From the IMG/VR virus record IMGVR_UViG_3300033067_000899, positions 1 through 36,754 of that record: DNA of 36,754 nt; one strand, given 5' to 3'. The stretch is from a virus. Lineage: Duplodnaviria > Caudoviricetes. Positions 29,034-36,736 of this stretch are shown one piece after another. The notes under the pieces were generated by a model, which saw nothing but the letters and a program-made list of their open reading frames with translations, had not been told where the DNA came from and did not search any database. Each line of letters starts with the position of its first letter. Within the stretch, counting starts at the first letter, position 1. Both the position numbers and the translations under genes were made by a program.

Positions 29034-29249
29034 CTAGACGATACCCAACCTTCCCCTAGAATTCAGTATCTCAACCATCAAATCTTCCCTAGCTACTTCC
29101 CTCATATGATTCTGCTCAATCACCTCATCCAAATGCTTCTTGTGGGCCACAACTATACCCTGCTCCTGGAGTAAATACGATGCCAACACCATCACTAATT
29201 CCTCACGCTTCATTTTCCGCATAGTGCGCCGCATTTCAAACTCACTCAT
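29034..29249 (-). CDS. Hypothetical protein
   Basis: Last gene of the tightly packed leftward operon. Confidence 0.6.
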   Translation of the reverse strand: MSEFEMRRTMRKMKREELVMVLASYLLQEQGIVVAHKKHLDEVIEQNHMREVAREDLMVEILNSRGRLGIV

Positions 29250-29257
29250 ATCTATAT

Positions 29258-29527
29258 TTAGTAACTAACAACTTTCCATCCTCTACTGATATCACTGTAT
29301 AGATACCCGGTGTAGTCATGAGGATATCCAGTGTTATAAGATAACTTCCTAAATCTAATATAGGCACCAATTCTATCTACTACGGTACGCTTCCTTTTTC
29401 CAGCAGATATAACAACGGAACCTTTTTTAAGCTTATCAAACTGCTTCCTAGTCATTGTCTTTCCTTTAAGGTTAGTTTGAACCGGCAACTTTCTTTTACA
29501 ATGAGGGCAGCGCATACTATTCCGCAC
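29258..29527 (-). CDS. Hypothetical basic protein (CPHC; start uncertain)
   Basis: Leftward operon ORF. Confidence 0.55.
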   Translation of the reverse strand: MRNSMRCPHCKRKLPVQTNLKGKTMTRKQFDKLKKGSVVISAGKRKRTVVDRIGAYIRFRKLSYNTGYPHDYTGYLYSDISRGWKVVSY

Positions 29528-29933
29528 CTCTTAAACTCATAAACATCTCTTCAGTAAGCTCCGCATTAAACTCAAACTGATCATGGCAGCACTGGCACGC
29601 AACTACCCACTGTTTAGGATCTGCTAGCAATATCGCATCTCCCTTGTACCAAGCTCGCTTATGACGGTGAGCCGGCGCGACTGGCCAAGTTTTGGTACAT
29701 CCCTCCAGATTCAACTCACAGACCTTCATATCCATCACCTTGGCGTAGTCTGCAATCAATCCTCTGGCGGTTTTATTAGCTCTACCGACCTTTCCTACTT
29801 TGTTTATCCTTTTCTTCGCCTTGAGCTGTTTATGGCTCTTGAGCGTGGTCCTAGTAGTAAGTCCCTTCTTTCTTTGAATACCATAGACACTACCCCATGG
29901 CTTTCGCTTATTTTTGAAACTAGAGTTTTGCAT
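29517..29933 (-). CDS. HNH-like (His-Me finger) nuclease
   Basis: CELNLEGC...AHRHKR...ACQCCHD; ATG 29933 preferred as start. Confidence 0.65.
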   Translation of the reverse strand: MQNSSFKNKRKPWGSVYGIQRKKGLTTRTTLKSHKQLKAKKRINKVGKVGRANKTARGLIADYAKVMDMKVCELNLEGCTKTWPVAPAHRHKRAWYKGDAILLADPKQWVVACQCCHDQFEFNAELTEEMFMSLRGAE

Positions 29934-30069
29934 GAGGATTTTTCTTAGGTCGACCGCCCTTCTTTCCATTGATACGCGCTGCTTCTTCCTTCGCCTTGGT
30001 CCTTTTACTGCCACCTAGCTTTCCTAGAGCTACTGCATGAGGATTCTTATTGTTGGATTCTGAAGCCAT
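29920..30069 (-). CDS. 49-aa basic KGG-motif protein (not in the ORF track)
   Basis: MASESNNKNPHAVALGKLGGSKRTKAKEEAARINGKKGGRPKKNPHAKL. Confidence 0.75.
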   Translation of the reverse strand: MASESNNKNPHAVALGKLGGSKRTKAKEEAARINGKKGGRPKKNPHAKL

Positions 30070-30229
30070 AATTTTTTCTTAACTCAGTAAATACTTCGTA
30101 CATCTCTTCATCACTGGCAGCCTTAAACTTAGCGCTATTGGCCGCAAACTCCCTGACTCCTTCCCAGGTGTAGATCTTCCTATCTGCACATGCCAGATAG
30201 AGATCTATACAAACTGACGATTGAACCAT
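30047..30229 (-). CDS. Hypothetical protein, first gene of the leftward operon
   Basis: 60 aa, downstream of a sigma70-like promoter. Confidence 0.55.
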   Translation of the reverse strand: MVQSSVCIDLYLACADRKIYTWEGVREFAANSAKFKAASDEEMYEVFTELRKNYGFRIQQ

Positions 30230-30257
30230 AACTCATTACTTAACTTATAACTCCTTA

Positions 30258-30286
30258 AGTATATACTAAGCGCTTCGGTTATGCAA
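30258..30286 (-). promoter_or_regulatory. Leftward sigma70-like promoter (TTGCAT-17-TATACT)
   Basis: Near-consensus elements with a 17-bp spacer in the divergent intergenic region. Confidence 0.7.
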
Positions 30287-30307
30287 CTAGAAAACACACA
30301 CGATGGG

Positions 30308-30338
30308 GATATCGCTATCGAAGCCCACGTGGTAAACT
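30308..30338 (+). promoter_or_regulatory. GATATCGCTATC operator variant plus extended -10 (TGgTAAACT), leaderless
   Basis: -10 ends 6 nt before ATG 30345. Confidence 0.6.
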
Positions 30339-30344
30339 TTTGGA

Positions 30345-30572
30345 ATGGGAAAAAAGGTTGAAAACGAAGACTATGCTAAACCACTCTTCACAAGAATATA
30401 CAGAAGGCATCGCGTGATGTTGGATGAACTCGTAGCCAGCTTCCCTCTCATCAGCTTTAAATATCCAAAGAAAGACGGTCCCACTGAGAGAAGCATCACT
30501 GATACTGAAGTGGTCCAGATAGCTATTGAGGATTTACACCAGAAGCGCGTGATAGCAAATGACACCAAATGA
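30345..30572 (+). CDS. Putative ribbon-helix-helix transcription regulator
   Basis: Beta strand (PLFTRI), helix (HRVMLDELV), loop, helix (TDTEVVQIAIEDL). Confidence 0.5.
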   Translation: MGKKVENEDYAKPLFTRIYRRHRVMLDELVASFPLISFKYPKKDGPTERSITDTEVVQIAIEDLHQKRVIANDTK

Positions 30573-30757
30573 TAACTAAAATGACCAGAGACACCTACAC
30601 AACTGAGAGATTTCACCCTATAACCGGCGAGAAAGTCGAGTGCCGGGTATTTCTCAACTACTACGGAGTAGGGAAGGATGGCTTTAAATTCAAGGGAGAC
30701 CAGATTCTATACAGTGCTGAAGAGCTGGAAGCTTTATTCCCATCAAAAGATGGGTAG
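30569..30757 (+). CDS. Hypothetical protein
   Basis: ATGA overlap with the upstream gene. Confidence 0.6.
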   Translation: MITKMTRDTYTTERFHPITGEKVECRVFLNYYGVGKDGFKFKGDQILYSAEELEALFPSKDG

Positions 30758-30786
30758 CTTATATAAGTAATTTTAACGAAAATCAT

Positions 30787-31023
30787 ATGGAACCAACAAG
30801 AGAAATGACTTATGGGGAGAAGGCTGTAGGACTTACCTTCAATCCAGGTGGTAGCGAAGAAGTAAATGATATCAAGCGCCAATGTGCTGATTTGATTGAT
30901 AACCTTAATAATCTACGCGAAGCTGCTGGTCCAGGAGAAAAAGGCCGTATGCTTTCAGTAGCAATTACAGAGATTCAAACTGCTCAAATGTGGGCGGTAA
31001 AAGCTGTAACTTGGCAGTTCTAG
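30787..31023 (+). CDS. Acb2/Tad1-like helical hairpin protein (candidate anti-defence nucleotide sponge)
   Basis: FNPGG...IKRQCADLID...RMLSVAITEIQTAQMWAVKA resembles the Acb2/Tad1 hairpin signature. Confidence 0.6.
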   Translation: MEPTREMTYGEKAVGLTFNPGGSEEVNDIKRQCADLIDNLNNLREAAGPGEKGRMLSVAITEIQTAQMWAVKAVTWQF

Positions 31024-31110
31024 TGATAGAATAGGGGTATATGGATGGTCGGCATCCTCGTTCTTTTGCGCAAAAGTATTACCTCCAAAAACTCATTACA
31101 TAACAGAGTA

Positions 31111-31138
31111 AAAGGCCATATCTTACGATATGGCCTTT
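31111..31138. terminator. Terminator hairpin between convergent genes
   Basis: AAAGGCCATATC-ttac-GATATGGCCTTT, a perfect 12-bp stem. Confidence 0.85.
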
Positions 31139-31177
31139 GCTCTTAACCCTGAGCAGGGAGATATGGATCACCTCCTT

Positions 31178-31381
31178 TCAGCAGACCGACCTTGCGGCCT
31201 GAATCATGTGAGAATCTTCCAGTGGCAAAGCCATCTGGTCCTCGCACTGGCGTGCTTCCTTAACCTGGGCGTAACAGCCACAGTGATAGAAGTGATGTTG
31301 GTGAGAGCTGGTATACACTGGCTCCGCACGCATCGCTTCCCCGACATCAATCGCTTCATGACATTTTCGGCAGAGCATCAT
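31178..31381 (-). CDS. Small zinc-finger-like protein
   Basis: CRKC...HCGC; strong AAAGGAG SD; its own GACCA-class promoter at 31411-31439 (-). Confidence 0.65.
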   Translation of the reverse strand: MMLCRKCHEAIDVGEAMRAEPVYTSSHQHHFYHCGCYAQVKEARQCEDQMALPLEDSHMIQAARSVC

Positions 31382-31410
31382 GTTTCTCCTTTATGAACAG
31401 ACCCTGTATA

Positions 31411-31439
31411 AGTATGGGGACAAAGTGTGAATTGGTCGT
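31411..31439 (-). promoter_or_regulatory. GACCA-class promoter (ACGACC-17-CATACT), leftward
   Basis: Same architecture as the other seven copies. Confidence 0.5.
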
Positions 31440-31660
31440 TAGTATCTATGTGCAAAGGTTTAGTACAACATGTGGAAAAACTGTGCATAACTTTCCCACT
31501 TTTACTAAAGCGCTGGCTATCCCCAGATATACGCAAAAATATCCACACGTTATCCACGTTTCCTACTAAGCCGAAGAGATTGCTAAACCATTACAGAATT
31601 CACTCCATCCCCATATCCCCAGTGCTAGTAGTAATAATAGGATTTTAAAAATTTAATAAT

Positions 31661-31696
31661 GATAGAGCTATCCCCATGGTGTATGATAGAGCTATC
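31661..31696. promoter_or_regulatory. Two GATAGAGCTATC operator-like sites, 24 bp apart
   Basis: Copies at 31661-31672 and 31685-31696. Confidence 0.65.
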
Positions 31697-31733
31697 CCGT
31701 GGTGGGAGATGAGGTAATATTAAACTTAAATTT

Positions 31734-32237
31734 ATGACACAAATATTTAAAGTACTAAAAGATTTTGAGCTTGATGGTGAAGCGGTCCGTAGTGGCCAAG
31801 AAGTGGTTTGTCGCGCTCGAGAAGCGGATAAACTCCAAAAAGAAGGTTTTGTGGCTCCAGTAGACCGTGAGCTTGATCCTAAGGATCCTAAGGATGCTGC
31901 TTTAATTGCCAAGTCAGATGCGCGAGCAGGGAAGCGCCATGCGGAAATCAAGGAAACTGAAGCAGCTAAGGATGTGGCACGTGAAGAGCGTGAGACTGAG
32001 AAGGATGCGGTACGAGCAGCTAAACTGAAGGAAGCTATCGCTCTTACTGCCATCCTCGAACCTGAAGATGTGGCCCCTGATGTGATTGCCAAGTTTGAAG
32101 CGATGCCAGATGAAAAGCTGGATAAGGAAATTGAGGGTATGAAGCAAGCGGTCCCTGTTGACCCTGAAGTGACTGAACCTGTGAAAGAAGAAGTAGCTCC
32201 AGTAAGAACACCAAAGAAGAAAACTACCCAGAAGTAG
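31734..32237 (+). CDS. Hypothetical protein with a small N-terminal beta domain and a charged helical tail
   Basis: FKVLKDF..DG...GQEV.....ADKL.KEGFV N-terminus of a type common in phage head clusters. Confidence 0.7.
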   Translation: MTQIFKVLKDFELDGEAVRSGQEVVCRAREADKLQKEGFVAPVDRELDPKDPKDAALIAKSDARAGKRHAEIKETEAAKDVAREERETEKDAVRAAKLKEAIALTAILEPEDVAPDVIAKFEAMPDEKLDKEIEGMKQAVPVDPEVTEPVKEEVAPVRTPKKKTTQK

Positions 32238-32241
32238 ATAA

Positions 32242-32267
32242 CGATAGCGCTATCGCTGTGCTAAAAT
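32242..32267 (+). promoter_or_regulatory. CGATAGCGCTATCG palindrome plus extended -10 (TGcTAAAAT), leaderless terS promoter
   Basis: 14-bp perfect palindrome; -10 ends 6 nt before ATG 32274. Confidence 0.7.
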
Positions 32268-32273
32268 TACTGC

Positions 32274-32858
32274 ATGGCTAAGGCTAAAGTCCTCACAATC
32301 GAAGAGCGCGACATTAAGGATCTCCAGATACCCCCAGCGGTAGCTACAGATCCTCGTAAGTCGCGCTTTTTGATTGGTTATTTTCACCTACAATCCCCAA
32401 CTTACGGAAACGCATATCAGTCCGCTATTGCTGCTGGATTCTCTCATGAATACGCTGAATGTATAACTTATCAAAAGCCACAGTGGCTATCGGATTTTCT
32501 CGGAATGCAAAGCCTTGGTGTGATGGCTGAAAATCACATGACAGAAGTACTGGCGCTTTCAAATATTCAGCCAGTGATTGGAGCTTTTGGTCCTGTCACT
32601 ACTACCATTACCGAAGAAGTCGACACTGGTACGGTGTATAAATCCGGCAAGAAGAAGGGACAGCCAGTGATAAAGAAGCTCAAGCGCAAAGTACCAGTCA
32701 TGAAACACGATACTGCGCTCATAAAAGCTAAGAATGAAGTCGCTAAATTGGTACTGCCAGCATACAAACCGGAGATATATGGAAAGAAAGAAGGCCCTAA
32801 ATTCAGCTTCAGCTACAACCGCACTGAGATAGTAGAGAAGTACAAACCTGCTACATGA
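32274..32858 (+). CDS. terS: Terminase small subunit
   Basis: GNAYQSAIAAGFS HTH motif; ATGA overlap with the large subunit. Confidence 0.8.
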   Translation: MAKAKVLTIEERDIKDLQIPPAVATDPRKSRFLIGYFHLQSPTYGNAYQSAIAAGFSHEYAECITYQKPQWLSDFLGMQSLGVMAENHMTEVLALSNIQPVIGAFGPVTTTITEEVDTGTVYKSGKKKGQPVIKKLKRKVPVMKHDTALIKAKNEVAKLVLPAYKPEIYGKKEGPKFSFSYNRTEIVEKYKPAT

Positions 32859-34456
32859 TTAACTACCGCGCCTTCATAGAAGATAACTTCATGATTGACT
32901 TCGCCAATACTGGCGAGCTTGTTCCGTTTAAATTCAATCCAGTCCAGGAGGTATACTACGAAGCGCTATGCCGTGAGTACGATATCGAACGTAAGGGAAT
33001 CAGTGTGCCAGTGCGCGAGAACATCCTGAAGGCTCGCCGTGAAGGTTTTTCTTCTTTGATTCTAGGGTTATTTGCTGCCGATGATGTGACCAATGATAAC
33101 CCTACCGAGACTGTGATTCTCTCTTACAAGGATGATGCGACTAAGATATTCCTGAAGCGTTACCGTACCTACCTACTCACCCACTTCGCTCGGTATCAAT
33201 TCAACATCAGTCCTCAGCAGATTCACGATAACATCAATATCCTTGAGGAAATATCCAAGGAAGTATTTTCTATCGACTCTAACGAGATAGAGATAGGCCA
33301 CAATAAAGCGCACTTCCAGTGCCAGACTGCCGGCGCTCGCGTGGGAGGTCGTGGAGGTGTTATGCAAAAGATTCTTTTTTCTGAGATTGCTTTCTATCAG
33401 GACACTCCAAAGGTATCAGCCGCTGAGATGGTGGAAGCTACAATGCGCCAGGTAGATATCGCTTCCGGCTGGATCTTCGCTGAATCAACTGAAAACGGCC
33501 AAGGAACCTACCAGCATAAGATGTGGGTAGAGTCTAAGCGTGGTCGCTCTCGCTTTAAAAACCGCTTCTATGGTACTGGCCACTTCTACACACCAGAGCA
33601 AATGGCCACTATTAAGTCTGAGTATGTCGATATGGACTCCTTCCGCCGTGACTATCCTCAGTCTGAAGATGACCTATTCAAAGGCTCAGCTCGCTCATTT
33701 ACCTCAGAAGACCAACTCACCAAGCTGATTAACCACCCAACCGCTGATAAGGAATTTGTCTATGCTCAAGAATTCCAGCATGAAAACGGTATGGATGTGG
33801 CTGAGATCATCGCTGATGCGCTTGAGAAACTAACCCGAAAGTACGAAGGCTATTCACTCTACGCTGGTATCGATGAAGCTAAGGACATCGATGCGACTGT
33901 TGTTTATGTACTTCGAGACCGTAGGCGCGCGCTTCGAGGTGGCGTAAAGGGAATTGAGATCGATACCACAAGAGGGGACTGGCTTGCCGACTGGTTTGAA
34001 AAGAACACTAACTACTATGTGAAGCGAGTGAAGTTTAGTCGGCCATCCAAGTCACTGATGTATTCCAACCTTCAAATCGTTATTGAGGATGGTACTACTT
34101 CCCTTCCTGAGTGGAAAACCCCGGATAACTTCTTCGTATCCAAAGAGATGGAGCATTTTTTCAATCAAATGATTACGCTCGAGAAGGAGACTATTGGCGA
34201 TATGCTGGTGGTATCGCACCCTAAAGGCTCATGTAACCACGGCAACCACAACTATGATGAGTGTCCGTACCACGATGACTACCCTGATGCTTGGATGATG
34301 GCTGAGGATGTGTACGTGGATATCAACGGCGTGCCAGCTCGTAAAAAGAAACCTGAGGTCTTAACCGTACCGAACATCATCCAGAAGGCGCTTGATACTG
34401 GTACTAAGCGTGATCCACAGCGCAACCGTGGCCGGAACCACACATCCTTTGAGTAG
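32855..34456 (+). CDS. terL: Terminase large subunit
   Basis: NPVQ, Walker A LKARREGFSS, Walker B ILFSE, EST motif III, nuclease GIDEAKDIDAT and HDDYPDA. Confidence 0.92.
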   Translation: MINYRAFIEDNFMIDFANTGELVPFKFNPVQEVYYEALCREYDIERKGISVPVRENILKARREGFSSLILGLFAADDVTNDNPTETVILSYKDDATKIFLKRYRTYLLTHFARYQFNISPQQIHDNINILEEISKEVFSIDSNEIEIGHNKAHFQCQTAGARVGGRGGVMQKILFSEIAFYQDTPKVSAAEMVEATMRQVDIASGWIFAESTENGQGTYQHKMWVESKRGRSRFKNRFYGTGHFYTPEQMATIKSEYVDMDSFRRDYPQSEDDLFKGSARSFTSEDQLTKLINHPTADKEFVYAQEFQHENGMDVAEIIADALEKLTRKYEGYSLYAGIDEAKDIDATVVYVLRDRRRALRGGVKGIEIDTTRGDWLADWFEKNTNYYVKRVKFSRPSKSLMYSNLQIVIEDGTTSLPEWKTPDNFFVSKEMEHFFNQMITLEKETIGDMLVVSHPKGSCNHGNHNYDECPYHDDYPDAWMMAEDVYVDINGVPARKKKPEVLTVPNIIQKALDTGTKRDPQRNRGRNHTSFE

Positions 34457-34483
34457 ACCAAAACCATACCTTCCGCTTATACT
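34454..34483 (+). promoter_or_regulatory. GACCA-class promoter (TAGACC-18-TATACT), leaderless portal promoter
   Basis: -10 ends 6 nt before ATG 34490. Confidence 0.7.
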
Positions 34484-34489
34484 TCAACT

Positions 34490-36310
34490 ATGAAATTCGA
34501 TATCTTCGCCAAACTCCAAGAAGACGTAAACGACTTTGATACTGGTGGGTATTACATCACTGGAGAAATTAAATCTAAGACTGGCATGGGTGATCCTGGC
34601 CAGAAGGGAAAGAAAGGTGGCTACTACTTTTCTCAGAAAGACACCCTCGAGTCTATCGATATGGCCAGTGCTTCTAAGTTTAAGCATGGTATCCTCGATG
34701 CTGAAGGACAGCGCAAAACCTACCTCAACGTAGTGAACTTCTATCGTGATGTGATGAAGATGAAGATTGTTATCAAGGTATCAAACTACATCTTTGAACC
34801 GCGCAAGTTGGCGTATGAGTGGCCTGTATGGTCGCTTAAGCAAGAATTCAGTATCTTTGCCGATGAAGAATCATACGATGACGAACTCCAAGACCGCGCT
34901 CATGACCTTTCAACCTACGGATCATGCGTTTCTAAGCGTGCTGCCTACTGTACTGAGCGCGTACCACTCCGATCTCTTCGCAACACTCAATCAGCTAAGT
35001 CACTCTGGCACGCTGCTTCAACTGGTGGCTACGTGATTATTGAGGATGATAAGCACTTTAATGAGCTGGAAGAGTACCCAGACTGGAAGACTGATGGCCT
35101 AGCAACCCACAAAACCTACAATGTATTTGAATACTATCGCCTAGTGCCGAAGTGTGTGTACGAAGACTGGGAGAATAACCAAGGTGTATTTGATAACGTA
35201 CCTGACAATGAGCCATGGGTATTGGTCCAAGCTATTCTTATTCCTGATGAGGTGGAAGAAAACAAGCGCGGAAAGATTACCTCCGGAAAGGTGGTATTCA
35301 TGGAGCGTGTGGATGAGGACTCATGGCCACTTGATGAATGTCACGCTGAACGCATCGATGGCCGCTGGCTTGGTAAGGGTGAGATTGAAAAGCAGCTTGA
35401 GAATCAGATTGCTCGTAACCTTACCGCTAACCTCCGCCGCCGTGGTCTACTTTGGGCTACTAAGAAGATCTATCAGTCATCTGATGAGGAAGTACAGTCA
35501 CAACTTCTGATGGAAGTGAAAGACGGTGAAGTGGTGTACGTAAAGCCTAACGGCCAAATCAGCCAGGTAAACACCTCGAGCCAGCATCTTGGTGAATTCA
35601 CTAGTGATGAACAGTCCTGGAAGGAAAACTCTCAACAGATTGCTTTCGCTTTCAACATCGCTACTGGAGAGAATATGCCATCTGGTACATCCTTCAGTCT
35701 CGGTGTAGTACTTGATAAGGCGGTAGCTTCCCACTTCACGATGGTCCGTAACCGCTTCAGTAACTACCTCAAGCGCGACTTCTTTAACCAACTCATCGAG
35801 GTATTTAAGGAAGAGTACGCTGAAGAGCATGAGCGCCCAATCAGCATGACCAGTGATGATATCGAAGCCTTTAAGGAGTCAGTCATCACCTTCCACGCTA
35901 ACGAGCGCTACTTCGATGCTATTGCCAAGCGCAAGCGTATGACAATGGAGCAGATTCGCGCTGAGGTCGAGGAAGAGCTGGTGAAGAGTCCTTATGTCTT
36001 CCTTAAGATTCCGGATGACTTCTACGAAAACGCTCTCTTCTACATGAAGCTGAACATCGATGATGATATTGGTCCAGATATCCAGACTCTCACCACTATC
36101 TACACCAGCATGAAGCAAGACGGTGATCCTCGAGCTGAGCAAGTGCTACGTTTGATTATGGCCAAGAAGGGTGATAGCCTAACCTATATAGCCGGTAAGA
36201 AGCCAGCGCCAGTAGCGCCGGTGAATCCAGCCAATCCTAATGCTCCAGTGAATCCAGGCGCTTCAGTGCCTTCTACGGTAACTCCTGGAGCGCCAGTAGC
36301 AGTTCAATAG
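34490..36310 (+). CDS. Portal protein
   Basis: 606 aa directly after terL; YG, GRWLGKGEIE...Q and ATGE patterns of podovirus portals. Confidence 0.85.
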   Translation: MKFDIFAKLQEDVNDFDTGGYYITGEIKSKTGMGDPGQKGKKGGYYFSQKDTLESIDMASASKFKHGILDAEGQRKTYLNVVNFYRDVMKMKIVIKVSNYIFEPRKLAYEWPVWSLKQEFSIFADEESYDDELQDRAHDLSTYGSCVSKRAAYCTERVPLRSLRNTQSAKSLWHAASTGGYVIIEDDKHFNELEEYPDWKTDGLATHKTYNVFEYYRLVPKCVYEDWENNQGVFDNVPDNEPWVLVQAILIPDEVEENKRGKITSGKVVFMERVDEDSWPLDECHAERIDGRWLGKGEIEKQLENQIARNLTANLRRRGLLWATKKIYQSSDEEVQSQLLMEVKDGEVVYVKPNGQISQVNTSSQHLGEFTSDEQSWKENSQQIAFAFNIATGENMPSGTSFSLGVVLDKAVASHFTMVRNRFSNYLKRDFFNQLIEVFKEEYAEEHERPISMTSDDIEAFKESVITFHANERYFDAIAKRKRMTMEQIRAEVEEELVKSPYVFLKIPDDFYENALFYMKLNIDDDIGPDIQTLTTIYTSMKQDGDPRAEQVLRLIMAKKGDSLTYIAGKKPAPVAPVNPANPNAPVNPGASVPSTVTPGAPVAVQ

Positions 36311-36313
36311 TCT

Positions 36314-36565
36314 ATGATTTACTCAGAACAACATAAAAAGTTTCTTCAGGATTTAGGTCGTACCGATGTAGGGCGTACCCTGTGTGACATCCTAGAGCTT
36401 ACCAAGGCGCACTACGCATCAATCTCGACTATTGATACCTCTAGGCCAACAGATGCTCAAATTGAGGGGCGTAAGATACTAGGAGAGATTTTAGATGAAC
36501 TCTCAACCACCATCACTACCCAGAAGCGCACTGTCCGCCCTATTGCTTTGGATAACTTTGAGTAG
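36314..36565 (+). CDS. Small conserved protein between portal and scaffold
   Basis: 83 aa with an EGRK motif, in the typical podovirus position. Confidence 0.7.
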   Translation: MIYSEQHKKFLQDLGRTDVGRTLCDILELTKAHYASISTIDTSRPTDAQIEGRKILGEILDELSTTITTQKRTVRPIALDNFE

Positions 36566-36602
36566 TAGACTAATGGCTCACGGTAGAGATATCGTGCGTA
36601 GT

Positions 36603-36632
36603 AAAAGGCCACTTCTTCGGGAGTGGCCTTTT
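36603..36632. terminator. Rho-independent terminator with a cUUCGg tetraloop
   Basis: AAAAGGCCACTTC-ttcg-GGAGTGGCCTTTT. Confidence 0.9.
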
Positions 36633-36646
36633 GCTATGCCTGTTAG

Positions 36647-36676
36647 TTGACCAAGAAACCGATAGCGCCTTACAAT
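36647..36676 (+). promoter_or_regulatory. GACCA-class promoter for scaffold/capsid (TTGACC-18-TACAAT)
   Basis: Closest copy to the sigma70 consensus; its spacer contains a GATAGCGC partial operator. Confidence 0.7.
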
Positions 36677-36736
36677 GGGGACTGGAATTGCGGCTCTCCT
36701 TTTAAACCGCTTTAGATAATAAATATAACCATCACT

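Larger units (their letters stand above)
31391..31700. other. Putative oriC-like replication origin (DnaA box cluster, trinucleotide run, AT-rich tract)
   Basis: TGTGGAAAA 31471, TGTGCATAA 31482, ATATCCACA 31539, TTATCCACG 31550, TTATGAACA 31391 and several ATCCCCA variants; TAGTAGTAATAATAG 31626-31640; AT-only tract 31642-31660. Confidence 0.7.

Noticed and set aside
31041-31103. Possible 20-aa leaderless peptide after TGaTAGAAT
   Set aside because: Too short to support without conservation or translation data.
31130-31396. 88-aa + strand ORF
   Set aside because: It starts inside a terminator hairpin and is antisense to 31178-31381, which has an SD, a promoter and a Zn motif.
31427-31648. 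73-aa ORF across the putative origin
   Set aside because: GTG start, no recognisable protein features, and it overlaps the DnaA-box array; probably spurious.
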